Assembly: GCA_043228905.1 (NCBI GenBank)
Contig: JBHGNT010000012.1
Location: 13,454,001 to 13,518,000 of the forward strand
DNA: 64,000 nucleotides
Origin: Azolla caroliniana
Taxonomy: Eukaryota > Plantae > Polypodiophyta
Direction: 5' to 3'
Part shown: positions 14,081-27,899 of the stretch, one piece after another
How the letters are laid out: each line of letters starts with the position of its first letter
Numbering within the stretch: the first letter of the stretch is position 1
Made by a program: the position numbers and the translations under genes
Notes under the pieces: generated by a model
The model's database searches: none
The model's input: only the letters and a program-made list of their open reading frames with translations
Told to the model about the DNA's origin: nothing

Positions 14081-15485
14081 TGTCGCGGAAATAGGACGAT
14101 GATACGTGAACTTGAGGTAGGACCCTGGGGCCTTTGACTACAAGATATCAAATTCGTATATTTATGTACTAAGAATTAATTGAAATGAGAAAGATTAACA
14201 AATTTCATTAACAAGTAGAAAGAAAGATTACAATTAATCCCAAGATTGGGATTACAAAAAGTTTGCTAATGGAGATGGCTAGAGTAATAGATTAGAGGAA
14301 ATTAAGATATGAATTCTATAGAAAATTAGGGTTTTTGGTTTTGATAAGAGATTATGGTTTATGAGTTGAATAGCTTCCGTATGGAAAAATTTGGAATTAG
14401 GAGTGATAGATCTTCCGTGGGGAAATTTAGGATTAGGTTATATGAGTATTATGGCTTCCGTAGGGAAGATTAGGGTTTTTGAGTGTTATGGCTTCCGTAG
14501 GGAAGATTAGCATTAGGTTATATGAGTATTATAGCTTCCGTAGGGAAGATTAGGGTTTATGAGATATATGGCTTCGATAAGATAAGAGAACGGAGAAGGA
14601 AAAGAAAAATAATAGAGAGATCATGAGTGCAGGAAAAAAATGGAATTTTATATGGAGTTCTCCCTTGATCATCTGCATGTCCACTTTTTGTTGCATGGCC
14701 TCTACTTTTAGTTGCTTAGCTTTTTCTTTTAGTTGCATCTATTTTTAGTGGCATGGCTTTTTCGTTTAGTTGCATGTGATCGTCCACATGACCTTTACTT
14801 TTTGCATGCACTCCAACTTTAGTTGCTTACGTCCACATGGCCTTTACTTTAGTTCTCTTCACTTTACTTTAGTTTGTTGCATGATCCAATCTTCCGTCCG
14901 TCCGCGTCCAACCTCGTCCGGTAGCCGGTTCCGCCCGATCGTCGAATCCCTCGCTGGCCGGTTCCATTTTGCTTGCCGGCCGGTTCCGGTTCCGGTTTTG
15001 CTTACCGACCGATTTCCGGTTCCGGTTTGCTTGCCGGTTCCAGTTCCGGTTTTACTCACCGGCCTGTTTCTAGTTTGCATACCGACCGATTTTCGGATTT
15101 GCTTACGGGACTGGTTTCCGGATTTGCTTATCAGCCTGTTTCCGAATTTGTTTACTGGCCGGTTTCCGGTTTTAGGGAATTTGGCCACCATCATCCATCA
15201 AGACAAAGTGGCCAAAGTGCTCTTAGCATAAATAAAAAATGAGGGAGCTCAAGGTGCTTATATAGCCAGGGCCTTAACTTTCCTATCTATGTGGGATAGT
15301 TCTAATTTCCCTATCTTCTCAAACTTTATTTTCACATAACTTGATATGTATTTCTCCATTTTGTATATAGTAAAATACATTTTGAAGCTCTTGAGTATAT
15401 CCATCTTTTTGTAGTAAGCTACTAATCTAATCTATAATAATTATTTCATTATATTTTTACATAGTGTGTGAAGATTCACACGACA
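14081..15485 (-). mobile_element. Solo LTR of the non-chromoviral Gypsy family seen at 59743-64000
   Basis: TGTCG...CGACA ends; homologous to 59743-61076; flanks CCGT/CTGT; splits Copia gag (MKTT | AYIRCF). Confidence 0.88.
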
Positions 15486-16060
15486 CTGTCGTCTTCATGT
15501 GCATCACCTCCCACATTGTGGCGTCGATCTTATCTGGTCTGTTGTCTCCGAACTGAACCGGCAACCAAAGATCTTTGACCACCAACATATCCCTCATCTT
15601 CGACTTCCACACTGAGTAGTTGGAGCCGGTGAGCTTGGATATGCCGCCGAACGATTCTTCCATTTCCTGTGTTGTTTGCTTTGATACCAATTTGATGAGA
15701 ATGGCGCGGAATATTGGTCAGCCACAACCGCATCTTGAACACTTCACTAAGAATGAAACACAGAAATGGGAAGTGGAGAGTACACAAACGAAATACACAG
15801 GATATTTACGTGGAAAACCCTAATAGGGAAAAAACCATAGGGGCCCACAGACTCCGAACTATCACTATGAAGAGAAAGGTGCAATCAGAGCCTCGGAGGC
15901 AATGACCTCGAGCTCTGTAACTTCGCCATACTCAACTACAATAACCATAATCAAAGTGATCACAAATATAGCTTCAATAGACTTGTTGAAAACATATTTA
16001 CGAATATGTCTCTCTTTCGGTTCTCACCGGGTCCCATCTAGAGAGACCGATTTCCCAATA

Positions 16061-16335
16061 ATCTCCCCCTTCACTCCGGCATGGGATATCTTGTCAGCCC
16101 AATCCACTTTCGGCACGCGTGTAGCTTGCCGGTTGTCAGGACCTTGGTCAGCATGTCCGACCCGTTCTGATCCGTGTGGATCTTCGTTAGCACGAACTCT
16201 TGATCTTCTACTGTCTCCCGGATCCAGTGGTACCTCCAATGGATATGTTTCCTCCGGGAATGGTAGGCCGCATTCTTTGCAAGGTGGATGGCACTTTGAT
16301 TGTCGCAGTAGAGCCGATATTCCTCTTGTTGGATT
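16061..16335 (-). mobile_element. 3' end (RNaseH tail and PPT) of a second tandem Copia sharing LTR 15693-16060
   Basis: Near copy of 9753-10015, with the PPT directly abutting the LTR. Confidence 0.8.
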
Positions 16336-16344
16336 TGTAGCTGT

Positions 16345-19300
16345 CGTAGAACCGAGATAAGTCGGGGACAAGGTCAAAGTCGAGAGGAAAGCCCACGTGC
16401 TTCTATTGCGGGAAGTCAGGGCACTTTCAAAAGAATTGCCGACATTTTCGAAAGGAAAAGGGGGAGCTAATGTTGTGCAACCGAAAAAGATTTTGGAAAC
16501 CAAGAACACCTCGGCAATCACAACAAGTGAGGACGAGTTGTTGCCCATTAGCGAGCAAAACCAAGTGAACCTTGTTGGCGATGAATCAACATGGGTGGTC
16601 AATTCGGGTGCGTTGTTTCACCTATCCCCTAACCGGAAATGCTTTTCATCCTATGGGGCTAATGATCTCGGATCTGTAAATATGGGAAATGAAGGAGCAT
16701 GACGAATCGTCGGCATTGGAGACGTGTGTTTGGTGACCTCAATTGGCTGCAGACTCGTGCTTAGAGATGTTCGACACGTTCCGGAGGTTCGATTGAACCT
16801 GATATCAGCTACTCGGTTAGATGATGGAGGCTACATGGGTAGCATCCGGAATGGTGTCATGAAGTTCTGCAAGGGGAGCGTAATCATGGCTCGAGCACGG
16901 AAAACTAACACATTGTACGTAATGAATGCTCGATTATGTCGTGGGGAAGTGAATGTAGCAGCCGAAATAGTCAGTGAATTGTGGCACAGGAGGTTGTGCC
17001 ACATGAGATAAAAGGGGATGCGGAAGCTTGCCGAGGATAACGTCATTCCAGAGGTGCAGAACGTGCAACTTGAGAAATGCATGGATTGCTTGGCCTGTAA
17101 GCAAAATCAAACATCCTTCCGAACAAGGCCCCCAATGAGGAAGTAAATGCCGCTGGAACTTGTGCATATGAATGTATGCTACGTGGACACGAAGTCGCAT
17201 AGTGGTTCACAATATTTCGTGACCTTCATAGACGACTATAGCCGGAAGTTGTGGGCTTCCGTGCCGAAGACGAAGGATCAAAGAGTTCCAAGCGAGGGCC
17301 AAGAGAGAAACCGGTCATAAGTTGAAGGCAGTCCGAGCGGACAATGGCGGAGAGTATCGTGGACCATTCGAAGAATATTGCCGAAAAGAAGGAATTTGTC
17401 TTGAGTATACGGTGCCAAAAACGCTAGATCTGAATGGGCTGCCGAGAGAATGAATCGGACCATAATGGGGAGAGTTCGAACCTTGCTTGAACATGCGAAA
17501 TTACTAAAAATGTTCTTGGTTGAGGCGCTAATGACAACAACATATGTGATAAACTGATCACCCTCTGCACCCTTGGACGGTGATATTCCACAACGGGTGT
17601 GGAGCGGCAAAGACGTATCGTACTGACATTTGAGGGTGCTCGGTTGTCTTGCCTCTTTGTGCATGTGGCAAAGGCCCATAGGGGGAAATTAGACCCAAAA
17701 TCCTGGCCGTGCATATTTCTCGGTTACGGCGATGATGAGTTCGGCTATCGGCTATGGGACTTAGCCAAGCAGAAGGTGATTAGGAGCGGAGACATTGTCT
17801 TCATGGAAGAGAAGACAATGATTGATTGAGAGAACGAGAAAAAGTCTCCAACCACCGAATCGAGCCGAGTCCATGCTCGGCTGGATCGTGTAGATGACGG
17901 TTCGATCGAAATCGAACCAGTACTAGTCGATCGATCTAATCCTCGACAAAATCGAGAAACGACTGATGATCAAGGGGACTCGGCTGAATGAGGAACCGAA
18001 ATTGACTCGGCCGAAGAGGTTGAAGATGAACTAACCGTACCAAACGCAGGCCAAAGATACCCCCTTAGAGAGCGAAGAGTCCCTCGAAGATTTCCGGATG
18101 AAGAATGCGTACTGCTAACCAATGAGGGGGAGCCGGAAAGCTACGAAGAAGCTAAGAAAGATACCCACAGCCGAGAGTGGTTGCATGCCATGCAAGAGGA
18201 GATGGATTCCTTGCATGAGAACTACACATACGAACTGACCGAGTTGCCGAAGGGGAAGAAGGCACTTCAAAATAAGTGGGTATACAAGTTGAAACCGTGA
18301 GATGGCCGAAATCCACCTAGATACAAAGCACGAATCATCGTAAAAGGGTTTCAATAGAAGAAGGGCGTGGATTTCGACGAAATATTTGCCCCAGTAGTGA
18401 AGATGACATCCATCTGAACCATGCATTGCAACTAGCATGGATCTCGAAGTTGAACAATTGGATGTCAAGACGATGTTTCTACACAGAGATCTTGAAGTGG
18501 AGATATATATGCAGCATCGGGAAGGATTCGCAATGAAAGGTAAAGAAAACCTGGTATGCCGATTGAGGAAGAGCATGGACGGGTTGAAACAGGCTCCATG
18601 GCAATGGTATCGAAAATTCGAATCCTTCATGACCGAAAACGAGTACCACAAAACGCAAGTCGATCACTGCGTATTTGTCAAGAAGTTCAATGGAGGAGAT
18701 TTCCTCATCCTTTTGTTGTACGTGGACGACATGCTACTTGTGGGATGGGACCATATGAAGATTTGAGCACTGAAGAAAGCCTTGAACAGGTCATTCTCGA
18801 TGAAGGATATGGGTTTGGCAAAGAAAATCCTGGGTATGCACATTGTTGAGGACAGAACAAAGAAATTGCTATGGCTATTTCAGGAGAAATATGTGACAAA
18901 GGTGCTCCAAAGATTCGGCATGGAAGGCGTGAAACTGGTCTACTCGACACTGCTGACAAACTGCAAGTTGAGTAAAGATCAATATCTGAAATTGAAAACC
19001 GAAAAGGCCCAGATGTCAAAAGTCCCCTATGCGTCGATGGTTGGAAGCCTGATGTACGCAATGGTGTGGCTGGACATTTGATACACCGTTGGAGTGGTAA
19101 GCCGATATATGAGGAATCTCGGGAAAGAGCATTGGGCTGCCATGAAATGGATATTTCAGTACCTGAGAGGCATCTCAAGTGTGTGTCTTCGTTTCGGGTT
19201 AGGTAACCCCACATTGGAAGGCTACACGAATTCGGACATGTCGGCTGATGCAGATACCAGTCGATCCACATCCGGATACGTAATGACGTATGCAGGGGGA

Positions 19301-19712
19301 GCTATCTCGTGGCAATCGAGGTTGGAGAAGGCCATGGTGTTGTCGACCACGGAAGCCGAGTACATGGCTGCAACGGAAGCCTGCAAGGAAATCGTATGGA
19401 TGAAGGAGTTTATTAGTGAGCTGGGAATTTGGTAGGAAGAATTCCGACTCTATTTCGATAATCAAAGTGTCATCCACCTTGCAAAAAATGCCGCCTACCA
19501 CTCGAGGACAAAGCACATCCAACGGAGGTATCATTGGCTCTGGGAGACGGTAGAAGAAAGGGAGTTCGCTCTAATGAAGGTCCAGACGGCCGAAAATGGA
19601 TCAGATATGTTGACTAAAGTGTTACCAGCCGAAAAGCTGAGCGCGTGCCAACGGAAGATTGGATTGGTGCAGTACCCCATGCCGGAGTGAAGGGGGAGTT
19701 TGTTAGGAAACG
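16345..19712 (+). mobile_element. Degenerate Copia family B internal region (gag knuckle to RNaseH), PPT and ~11 bp of 3' LTR
   Basis: PTCFYCGKSGHFQKNC, LWHRRLCHM, YVDDML and LSTTEAEY, with many stops; GAAGGGGGAG then TGTTAGGAAAC. Confidence 0.88.
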
Positions 19713-19720
19713 ATCGAGAT

Positions 19721-20054
19721 TTTCTGTTGGAAGTGAGCTCACCATGCTTCTGTCCATATCTTCCTTCTTGTTATTTACCGGGTGTCAGGGTTTGTTTGTG
19801 AGCGTCACTCGTCAGCAGTAGAGGATTCTCAACCCTCACGCTCTGATACCGTGTAAAAGTTATTATGCAGAAGCTTAGATAAATCGGCTCAGCCGGATAA
19901 CAACAGTAAAACAGAAATGAAGGTTTAATGGAAGCTTAAGAATACACAGTACACAAGAGAGACAAAAAGAGAGCGGAATAACATAAGCTCAATTCAAAAA
20001 TAATAACTCTATACATACAAATGTACTATAGAACACTTTTTATACAAATCCTTA
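19721..20054 (-). mobile_element. Third copy of the Copia family A gag start, PBS and LTR segment
   Basis: Homologous to 8409-8740; PBS-like CTCTGATACC at 19841-19850. Confidence 0.75.
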
Positions 20055-20489
20055 TAAGTATGTAAAAAAAGTTTATTTTTGGGACAAAAGGTTATTTTAT
20101 CGGAAAAATGTTATTTTTTGGGAAAAAAAAGGTTAGTAAAAAAATTTGTTTTAACTTAAAACTTCAAACATTAAAATCAAACCTATAGTTTATACTCTTA
20201 GAGTATTTAATAAAGGTGATTGTTTAAAATCAACATAACTATCTCACAAAGATAATGAAATACATAAACTAAATATCATGTTAATTTTTTTTACTAATAA
20301 GTATGTAAAAAAGGTTTTTTTTTTTTTGGGGGGGGGGGGGGGAAGGAGGGTATTTTTTTGGAAAAAAACTGAGGTTTTGTTTAGAAAAAAAGTGGTTATT
20401 GTTTTGGAAAAAAGGTTATTTTTTGGGGAAAAAAAGGCTAGTAAAATTTTTAGTTTTAACTTAAAACATTAAGATCAAACTTATATGTT

Positions 20490-21113
20490 GATGGGCAGAA
20501 TGGGAGTGAAAGATGCTTGGTATGTACTAAAATAGCCTCGAGCTCGCTAATCTTCTCAAGAGCACGTTGCAATATAAATGGTTTTCCTATGTCTCGCATA
20601 GACAGAATCTACATAAGCTCGGAACTGGAAAAATATGGCAACAATATTGAAGTCATCGCAGGTTCGGCTTTCTCTGATCATATGCTGGTTAAGATTATGT
20701 TGGTCGACCAGAGGAGGCAAAAAAGGGACTGCAACATGAGGATCAACCGTAAACTTTTTGAGGATGCGGAGGTGGGAAGGAAGATAAGTAGTATATGGGA
20801 AAGTAAGCCAGCTAGTTGTGGTGCACTTGATAAACTTCGAGGAAAGATTATTGAAACTTCAATGTATTTGTATGAAGAGACTAAAAATAGAATTGGGAGG
20901 TCTAAGGAAAGAGAAGTGAGATTAAGAAGATTGATATCGGCTGCCCAACGAATGCTTCAGAAAAATCCCAACTATCATTGGTCTAGAGCAGGTCTTGAGG
21001 CTGCTAAAGAAACATTACAACGGTTGATTGTGTCTAGAAACAAGATGTTATTCAGGAGTTCAACAACGTGGTGGAGCACGAATGGGGATAAGGTGAACCA
21101 ACATTTTTTTAAG
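20490..21113 (+). mobile_element. L1 LINE ORF2 fragment (endonuclease C-terminus and linker)
   Basis: SRIDRIYIS...SAFSDH APE motifs; WSTNGDKVNQHFF resembles the L1 W..GD....FF motif. Confidence 0.75.
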
Positions 21114-21275
21114 TAGAAAAAGCACAACAAATTTTTGAGGGTCTTCTCGTTCAAGATGTGTTCTCATGGATGTCATGCATGGTTGGGTATGCTCGGCTAG
21201 GAGAAACTGAAAAAGTTTGTTGTCTGTTTGAACAAATGCTAGGTGGGTGTGAAACCAGATCCTGTTTGTCATGTT
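21114..21275 (+). pseudogene. PLS-class PPR gene fragment
   Basis: VEKAQQIFEGLLVQDVFSWMSCMVGYARLGETEKVCCLFEQMLG, frameshift, then GVKPD. Confidence 0.75.
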
Positions 21276-21620
21276 CAATCCATGTGTTTGTGCGGGCCTT
21301 TTTGAGTTCTTTGACCTATGTCTTAATGTCCCATGTATGTGCCGATGGCAAATGAGTAATTAAACACAAGATATATATTTGAATCAACATGCTACATTTA
21401 TAGCCATAGGGATTTGGCATAATGGTTTAGGGTTCAACCTTATTAAGTCAATTCTTGGAATTCAATTCTTGTCAATGCCCATGCAACATTGCAATCAACC
21501 ACACATTATTCTCTTAAACATGCCACACTTAGGTTTGTTCAATGGTTATGCCACCCATAATCTATGGTCATCATTAAAAATGTACACGTGAGTGTATATT
21601 ATTGTTTCAATAGTTCATCC

Positions 21621-23655
21621 AAGGAGTGAGCACCAAATATTTGGGTTTCCAAATTGGTTTCAACATACCGCCGGAGACTATGATTGCACCCATTATCCAT
21701 TCCATTAGACAAAAGTTGATACATTGGAGCTCGAAAAAACTGTCGCTAGCGAGTCGCATCATAGTGGCAAACCAAGTACTACTCCCAACAGCATGGTACA
21801 GTTTATCATGTTGGACAATCTCCAAGGAAAGTATACATCAGATTCAACGACTGGTCCACAACCACATTTGGTCTGGTAAGGAAGACCATGTAGCTCGCGC
21901 CAAGGTGGCATGGCCTATACTCACAACGCCTAAGTCGAGAGGGGGGTTGGGTCTTATTGATCCCCTTTCACAATCGAAAGCCTTACTTGCCAAATTTGTG
22001 GTGCAAGGACTCCAACCAGGAAATGACTGTTGGAAAATGCTACTGCGGTTACGTTTCGCTTTCTTTAGGCCACGAAAAGGGGTCAATTGGGCCACCCAAA
22101 CGGGATGGATTCTAAACATGGATCTCAAACCTAGTTTCTCCCGCCAATTGGAGGATAGATTCAGTGCATCCATGTGGAAGGCATGGTGTGACATTTGTCG
22201 AGGGCTCAAGTGTGATCAACCGAGATCCGAACCTACCTAGCTCAGTCAACGTATCCTATGGAACCCATGTATCAAGGATGAATCTAATCAACTACCGGGA
22301 TCACGTAAGGGGTTGTCATGGGGATACATTGTAGAAGGTCCAGGAAAAAGTATAGAATGTTGGCGATAGTTTATGTCACTACCACTACAAGATCAGGCCA
22401 ACATACTCCATGGAATCAGGGGCGGATGGACTATGAGATTGGCAATCATTAACACTCTTTTGATTAGGGAATTTGCTACTCAAAGGACGACAATGGAGAA
22501 ATGGATAGGCCACAAGGAGGAGGAATCTCTGATCTCAAGAGGTAGGGGACCACTAGACAGGCTCGAAGGCTCTGAATTGCGAGACACTAAGACACCAACA
22601 CAGAATAACGCAATTCAAGTACTCGCGTATACTGGTCATAAATGGATTGTAGATCCTGATCCGATCAAAGTACAACCCGATTGGCACATATATACTCATG
22701 AAAACACATGGTTACGTAAGGTCAGTTGGGACCCTTTGCAATGGACATGACGTGATCCTTACGCGGGGCAAGGAAGCAAACCCATCCCTTTCTTCCAATT
22801 CACAACTAGATTGGGTCGCCACATTCTAGCTGCTCAAACCGCCCGAGAGCCGGCTGCTGTGAAGGTCTAGCACACATTTCAAGTTCCTCCCACAATAATC
22901 ACCAAGTTTTGGCAGAAAATCTGGAAACAAACAACACATGAGGCGAATTACCACATTCCAATGGCTATTAATACATAAGTCCCTACTGGTGGGAGCATGG
23001 CAACGTGGGCACCTTAGCTCTCCTAATTGTGTAGAGTGCCCACATGCAGTAGAATAAATACGACACGCTCTGTGGGACTACCCAACGTCCAATTGAATAT
23101 GGCGAGGGGTTGGCTACTTGATGCAATTATGCCAGGTGCAAAGCTCAATCAAGTGGGGAAATATATGTTGACTATCATGGCAGACCGCAGTTGGCAGATA
23201 CGAGCATTAGGAGGAGGGGATGACTTTGGTGATAAAAGCACAAGAGGTCTTTTTCTCCTCTAGCGACAATGTCCACTCCACTCCTCTTAATGACAAATCT
23301 CAAGAGGTGTTGGAATTGGTCAACCCAATAACTCTTTGGATTCTATGGAAACAACGGTGTAGATGAGTCTTCTCCAACCAAACCGCGCATCCAACAGGTT
23401 ACTGCAAGAGATATGGAGTGAAATTGTAGCCACTCTAAAGATCCAATATGATGGCCTCAAGGGCGGCTCCGATGGAGTTGAAAGACAACGAATAGCCTTC
23501 ATGCAACAATGGTCGTCCTCTCCCTTTCTTGAGTCAGTGGGCATCCACATAAGATGGAACTATTGCATCCATACAAGGATTTGTACATAATCATCTCATT
23601 TGTAAAATTTTATAACTAATGGAAGGAGTTTTTTTTTGGAGAAAAAAAATAAAAA
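21621..23655 (+). mobile_element. 5'-truncated L1 LINE with A-rich tail and 12-bp TSD
   Basis: TSD AATAGTTCATCC at 21609-21620 and 23656-23667; KYLGFQIG...SLASRIIVANQVL...KVAWPILTTPKSRGGLGL is the L1 RT C-terminal region. Confidence 0.88.
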
Positions 23656-25435
23656 AATAGTTCATCCCTAATTACGGGAGGCTATAGAGGAGATCCTACA
23701 TCGATACACAATATATCGACAAGATGTATGTACTATACAGAGAGAGAAGTTTGTTTCATAAGCAATAGCTTTACTCACTCCATTATTGTTAATTGTGCTA
23801 TCTTACAATCTCTCATGTGATATTTCCCCTTGTTTTCTTGTCCTAAACCCTTTCACTTAAAGATCTCGAGAATTTACAATTTAATTTTCAATCCATTAAT
23901 AGGGCCAAATCTCCTCATCAGCTTATATAGGTGTAAAGCTAAACTTTGTGCTCAGAAAAAGCGTTTAGGCATCTAGGGCATTTGGTCTTGTAAGTTGTCG
24001 CTCGTGGCTTTCCCACAAACTAGGTCGTGGTGCTATTTCTAGCTTCTAAAGGTCATAATTTAGGAAATGACTAGTGTTAAGTGTACTCTTATGATTGTTG
24101 TGATGTTTTAATATTATTAAACTCTCACTATTAAAGTGCATTGTTTCAATACGTCATTGAATATTAACAACCCATTGAGATTTTGTTTCATATTAATTTG
24201 CATGGTCAAGGCCAAGTAAATGCCATTCTAGGTATACGGTGGCCTCATACTTACAAATCAAAATGTTGAGAAACTAATTAATCACATCAAAAAGATATGT
24301 TGGTCTTACGTGAATTAGAAAGTATTTATTTGTGTAGCATGTTATACTCATAGCATCTATGTCTCATCAACATATGATTGGTGGCCATATTTTAAAAGCT
24401 TTTGAATATATACAAAGTTGATATGCTCAAGAGCATTCAAGACTTGTGTGTTATATGCATACCCTTAAGGACTAAATTTTAAGCTAATTTTAATGGTTTA
24501 ATGGTGTTTAACAACTATAGTGATCATCCCAAATCGAAGGACAAGTGGAAAACAAAATACCATACTAGTGGCAAGCATAAAAACCATCATTGTCACATTA
24601 TACGTTTGACAAATTGAACTAAAATAAGAGATCTTTGTGTCACCATAGAGCCTCAACATCTCAAGATGTTGTAATGAAGGGGATAGTTAATCCCCTTTAT
24701 ATAGCCCTACAACTTAGGATCCAAGACCACCACGTGTTACTTCTTTTTAAGGATCCTAATAGCATTAAAATTTGCTTGAAATTGCTTTAGATTTATGACT
24801 ATAACATACTCCCCATTTCCCTATGGAATATGCAATACCATCTATACCCATCATTTACATGAAATTGATCATGGCTCAATGTGCTCGAAACCTCTAAATC
24901 CATCATCTCAATGAAAATTAACATTAATAGAGGCCAATGACTAAAGGCTCTAATTAAAGTATATTCAATTCAAATATCCCACTAAGAAAACTCTCCTTAA
25001 AATGTATCCAATTAGAGTATAGAGCTGTTATAAGCAAACACTAATAAAGGGAGATATGGTTCCCATTTTGAAAGCTTCTTCGCTAATACCAACGAATATT
25101 ACCTCACCTTTTTTCTTAATATAAAAATTTAATGCTTATCATTCGTATGTCGATTTGTAATATCACATTGTACCATTGACCATGGCACATGTTTTGACAT
25201 CTATCTTTGATATAGACACTTTCCCTCATAATTGATCTCCTATGATCCTTGAATATGATACCCTAAGTAGACATTTATTGGCTATCAAAATCAAAGCAAT
25301 ACACCAATGTACACAACATATTTGCTAATAAAATGGTGGGTATTTACCCATCGTCTAAAGAATGCATCCATTGTGTCTAAATGGAGAATTGTGTGTGAGT
25401 GGTTTTTGAGTTGAAATGTACAAAATTGACCAGCC

Positions 25436-27867
25436 TTAATCTGAATTGGATTCATAAAAATCGCTCTCAAGCACGGTGAGGTACTTTCGGCCTCCAACAT
25501 TTTGACAACCATGTGCATTGTTGGTCTTTCATATGGTATAGAATGTATGCACATAATTGCAATGGACAGCACTACGTCGAGCCTCTTGGTAAATGGCAGT
25601 TCACATGATGGATCGATAATGTCTTTCAATCTCTTCTCCTTTAGAAGAGTATTGGCCTATACCAAGCAAAGTACACATATGTTAATACTTGTATCCATCA
25701 AGCACAATATGTATATGTTTGTGTACATACATATGTCAATACTTGTAACTCAACCAGGATATGTATATATGTGTGATGTCAATACTCGTAACCATCAAGC
25801 ACAGTACGTATATATATGTGTTGTGTGAATGAAGAATGAACCTCATCCACTCACCCATCCAACAATATTGAGTCCTTTCTCTACAAATGAAGAGTCTGTT
25901 GGACGTTTGCCATTCAAGAGCTCGAGTAAAACCACCCCAAAGCCATATACATCACCTTTCTCAGTAGCTCTTCCGTGTTGTAAATATTCTGTAAACAAAT
26001 TTGGGGGACATTGTATATATACATGTAATTTTAACTTTTGCATGTAACAAACGTGTAATTGGAAGGTAATCATCATCGTTACCTGGAGCCAAATAACCAA
26101 ATGTTCCAGAAACAACTGTCGTTACATGTGAATCATCTTCCTTCAAAAGCTTGGCTAGTCCGAAGTCCGATACATAAGGCTCAAGATTCTGTCCTAGGAA
26201 GGATATTGCTGGACTTCACATCACGATGTATTATCCGCGGCCAGCTGTCGTGATGCAAATATGCTAATCCCCGTACCGCTCCAAGAGCGATTTTCATCCT
26301 GACCCCCCAAGAAATAGTTGTTTCACCTGTAGTTGTCCCTAAGAATGAGTAAGTAAAAAAATAATCATTCTAAGAGTCATGTCCATGAAGGAAGCCTAGA
26401 TTAACTTACCATGAAGAACTTCATCTAGGCGTCCTCCAACTAGATAATCGTAGATAAGCCATTGTGCGGACGGTGCATTGCAGTAATCTCATAAATTAAC
26501 CAGATTTCGGTGTTTGATAATACCCAAGACCTCCAATTTCCTTTCAAAAGCTTTATCTGAACTATAATATGGTGTTTCTCTATTTTCTTGACAGTGAACA
26601 CACTACCATCATCCATTACAAGCCTATAGACAGTTCCAGACCCGCCATAGCCAATCGCATTGCTCTCCACAATCATGTCTATCCTTCTTGCTATTTCTTT
26701 GGATGTGTATGGTAGATCCCCGTGGAAGACGACGACTGTAGGAGCTGAAAATATTGCAAGTAAGAATAGGTCAGATATTCCAAGGGTAAACAAGAGACTG
26801 TGAAGGCAAATGTGATGCATTGCCACTTGTTTGTAACATTTAGAGACCTATGAAAGAGATGGGATGATTAGACATTCTCGTCTGTTTTGGAAAAAATGTA
26901 AATTGAAAGAAAAAGTATGCGGCCTTTACTAAAGTGTTACCAAATTTGGCAAAAAAGTACATAATATAAGGGGCAAAAAACAAACAATTGAATATAAGTA
27001 ACTGGAATCTATATTCCATAAGTTTTTCCTTGTGAAAAGAGAGTACCAATGATGTTTTCGATTGGGTCGAAACTAGAACAAGGCTTGGACTTCTTCCAGA
27101 ACTTATGATACAGAAAGCATCCCCAAAAGCACATCAACGCAACTAAGAGTGAGACGCCCACAGTGCCCAACTGCACTGACAAGGAGCTCAGTTGGATAAT
27201 GTCGGGTTTTTCTTGGAAGGCCTGCAATGCAAGAAAAAAGATGTATTATGATGCATCAATCCATATTAGATCCAAATCAAATGCATTATTAGGAACTGGT
27301 GGGGACCATAATAATAAAAGCTTCATTGTGTCAAAAAATCATGCTGCAAACAAAAATCAGAAAAAAAAGAGGAACACACTTGAAGGTGGAATACCCTCGT
27401 TGATTGGTGTTATGAAAGAGTGAAAACTTGAATCAGTAGGCCCCTGTGGCTCACTCACACAGATTGCGCTGACTCAGATTTCCAACAAATCTGCGAAAAA
27501 ACCATTAATATGCTTTTTGCACACAAGTCACCAAAAAGACGAATAATTAAACTTTTTCCCAAATCTGGTTTAAAGAATGCGTCAGGTTTTTTGTTAAGTT
27601 CCTTAGATTTCAGATACTTACGATTCTATCCGGAATCTACTTAGAGCACCACCTTCTGGGATCTCACCAGTCGGAAAGTTTGTTGACACATTGCTGGAAA
27701 ACATAATGTAACATATTGTATATAAATTTATTAACAAATCTAGATAGATTCAACATATTCTATTATTTCAATCAATATTTCCACAGACTTACAAGATGAT
27801 AAGCTTTTGAAGGTTCCCAAGAGACTGAGGTATTTTCCCATCATCAAGGGAATTGCTGGAAAGATCC
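25436..27867 (-). pseudogene. FEI: FEI1/FEI2-like LRR receptor kinase pseudogene (last 8 exons; 5' exons not found)
   Basis: Exons ~27793-27867, 27622-27693, ~27378-27490, ~27047-27221, ~26411-26745, ~26083-26338, ~25851-25988 and 25436-~25655, mostly with clear GT-AG sites. Motifs [49 protein letters not shown] and DFYESNSD*. Several frameshifts and an in-frame TGA. Confidence 0.88.
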
Positions 27868-27899
27868 CTATTTAGAAAATATGGAAATACAAGGCAAGA

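Larger units (their letters stand above)
9263..16060 (-). mobile_element. Degenerate Copia family B element (LTRs 9263-9752 and 15693-16060) containing a solo Gypsy LTR and an RT triplication
   Basis: Minus-strand PBS 15678-15689; PPT 9753-9766; ORFs with WVVDSGASFH, LWHKRLCHMSEKG, YVDDML and ALSTTEVEY. Confidence 0.88.

Noticed and set aside
20490-23655. One continuous L1 with an internal deletion
   Set aside because: The 12-bp TSD brackets only 21621-23655, so the upstream piece is a separate fragment.
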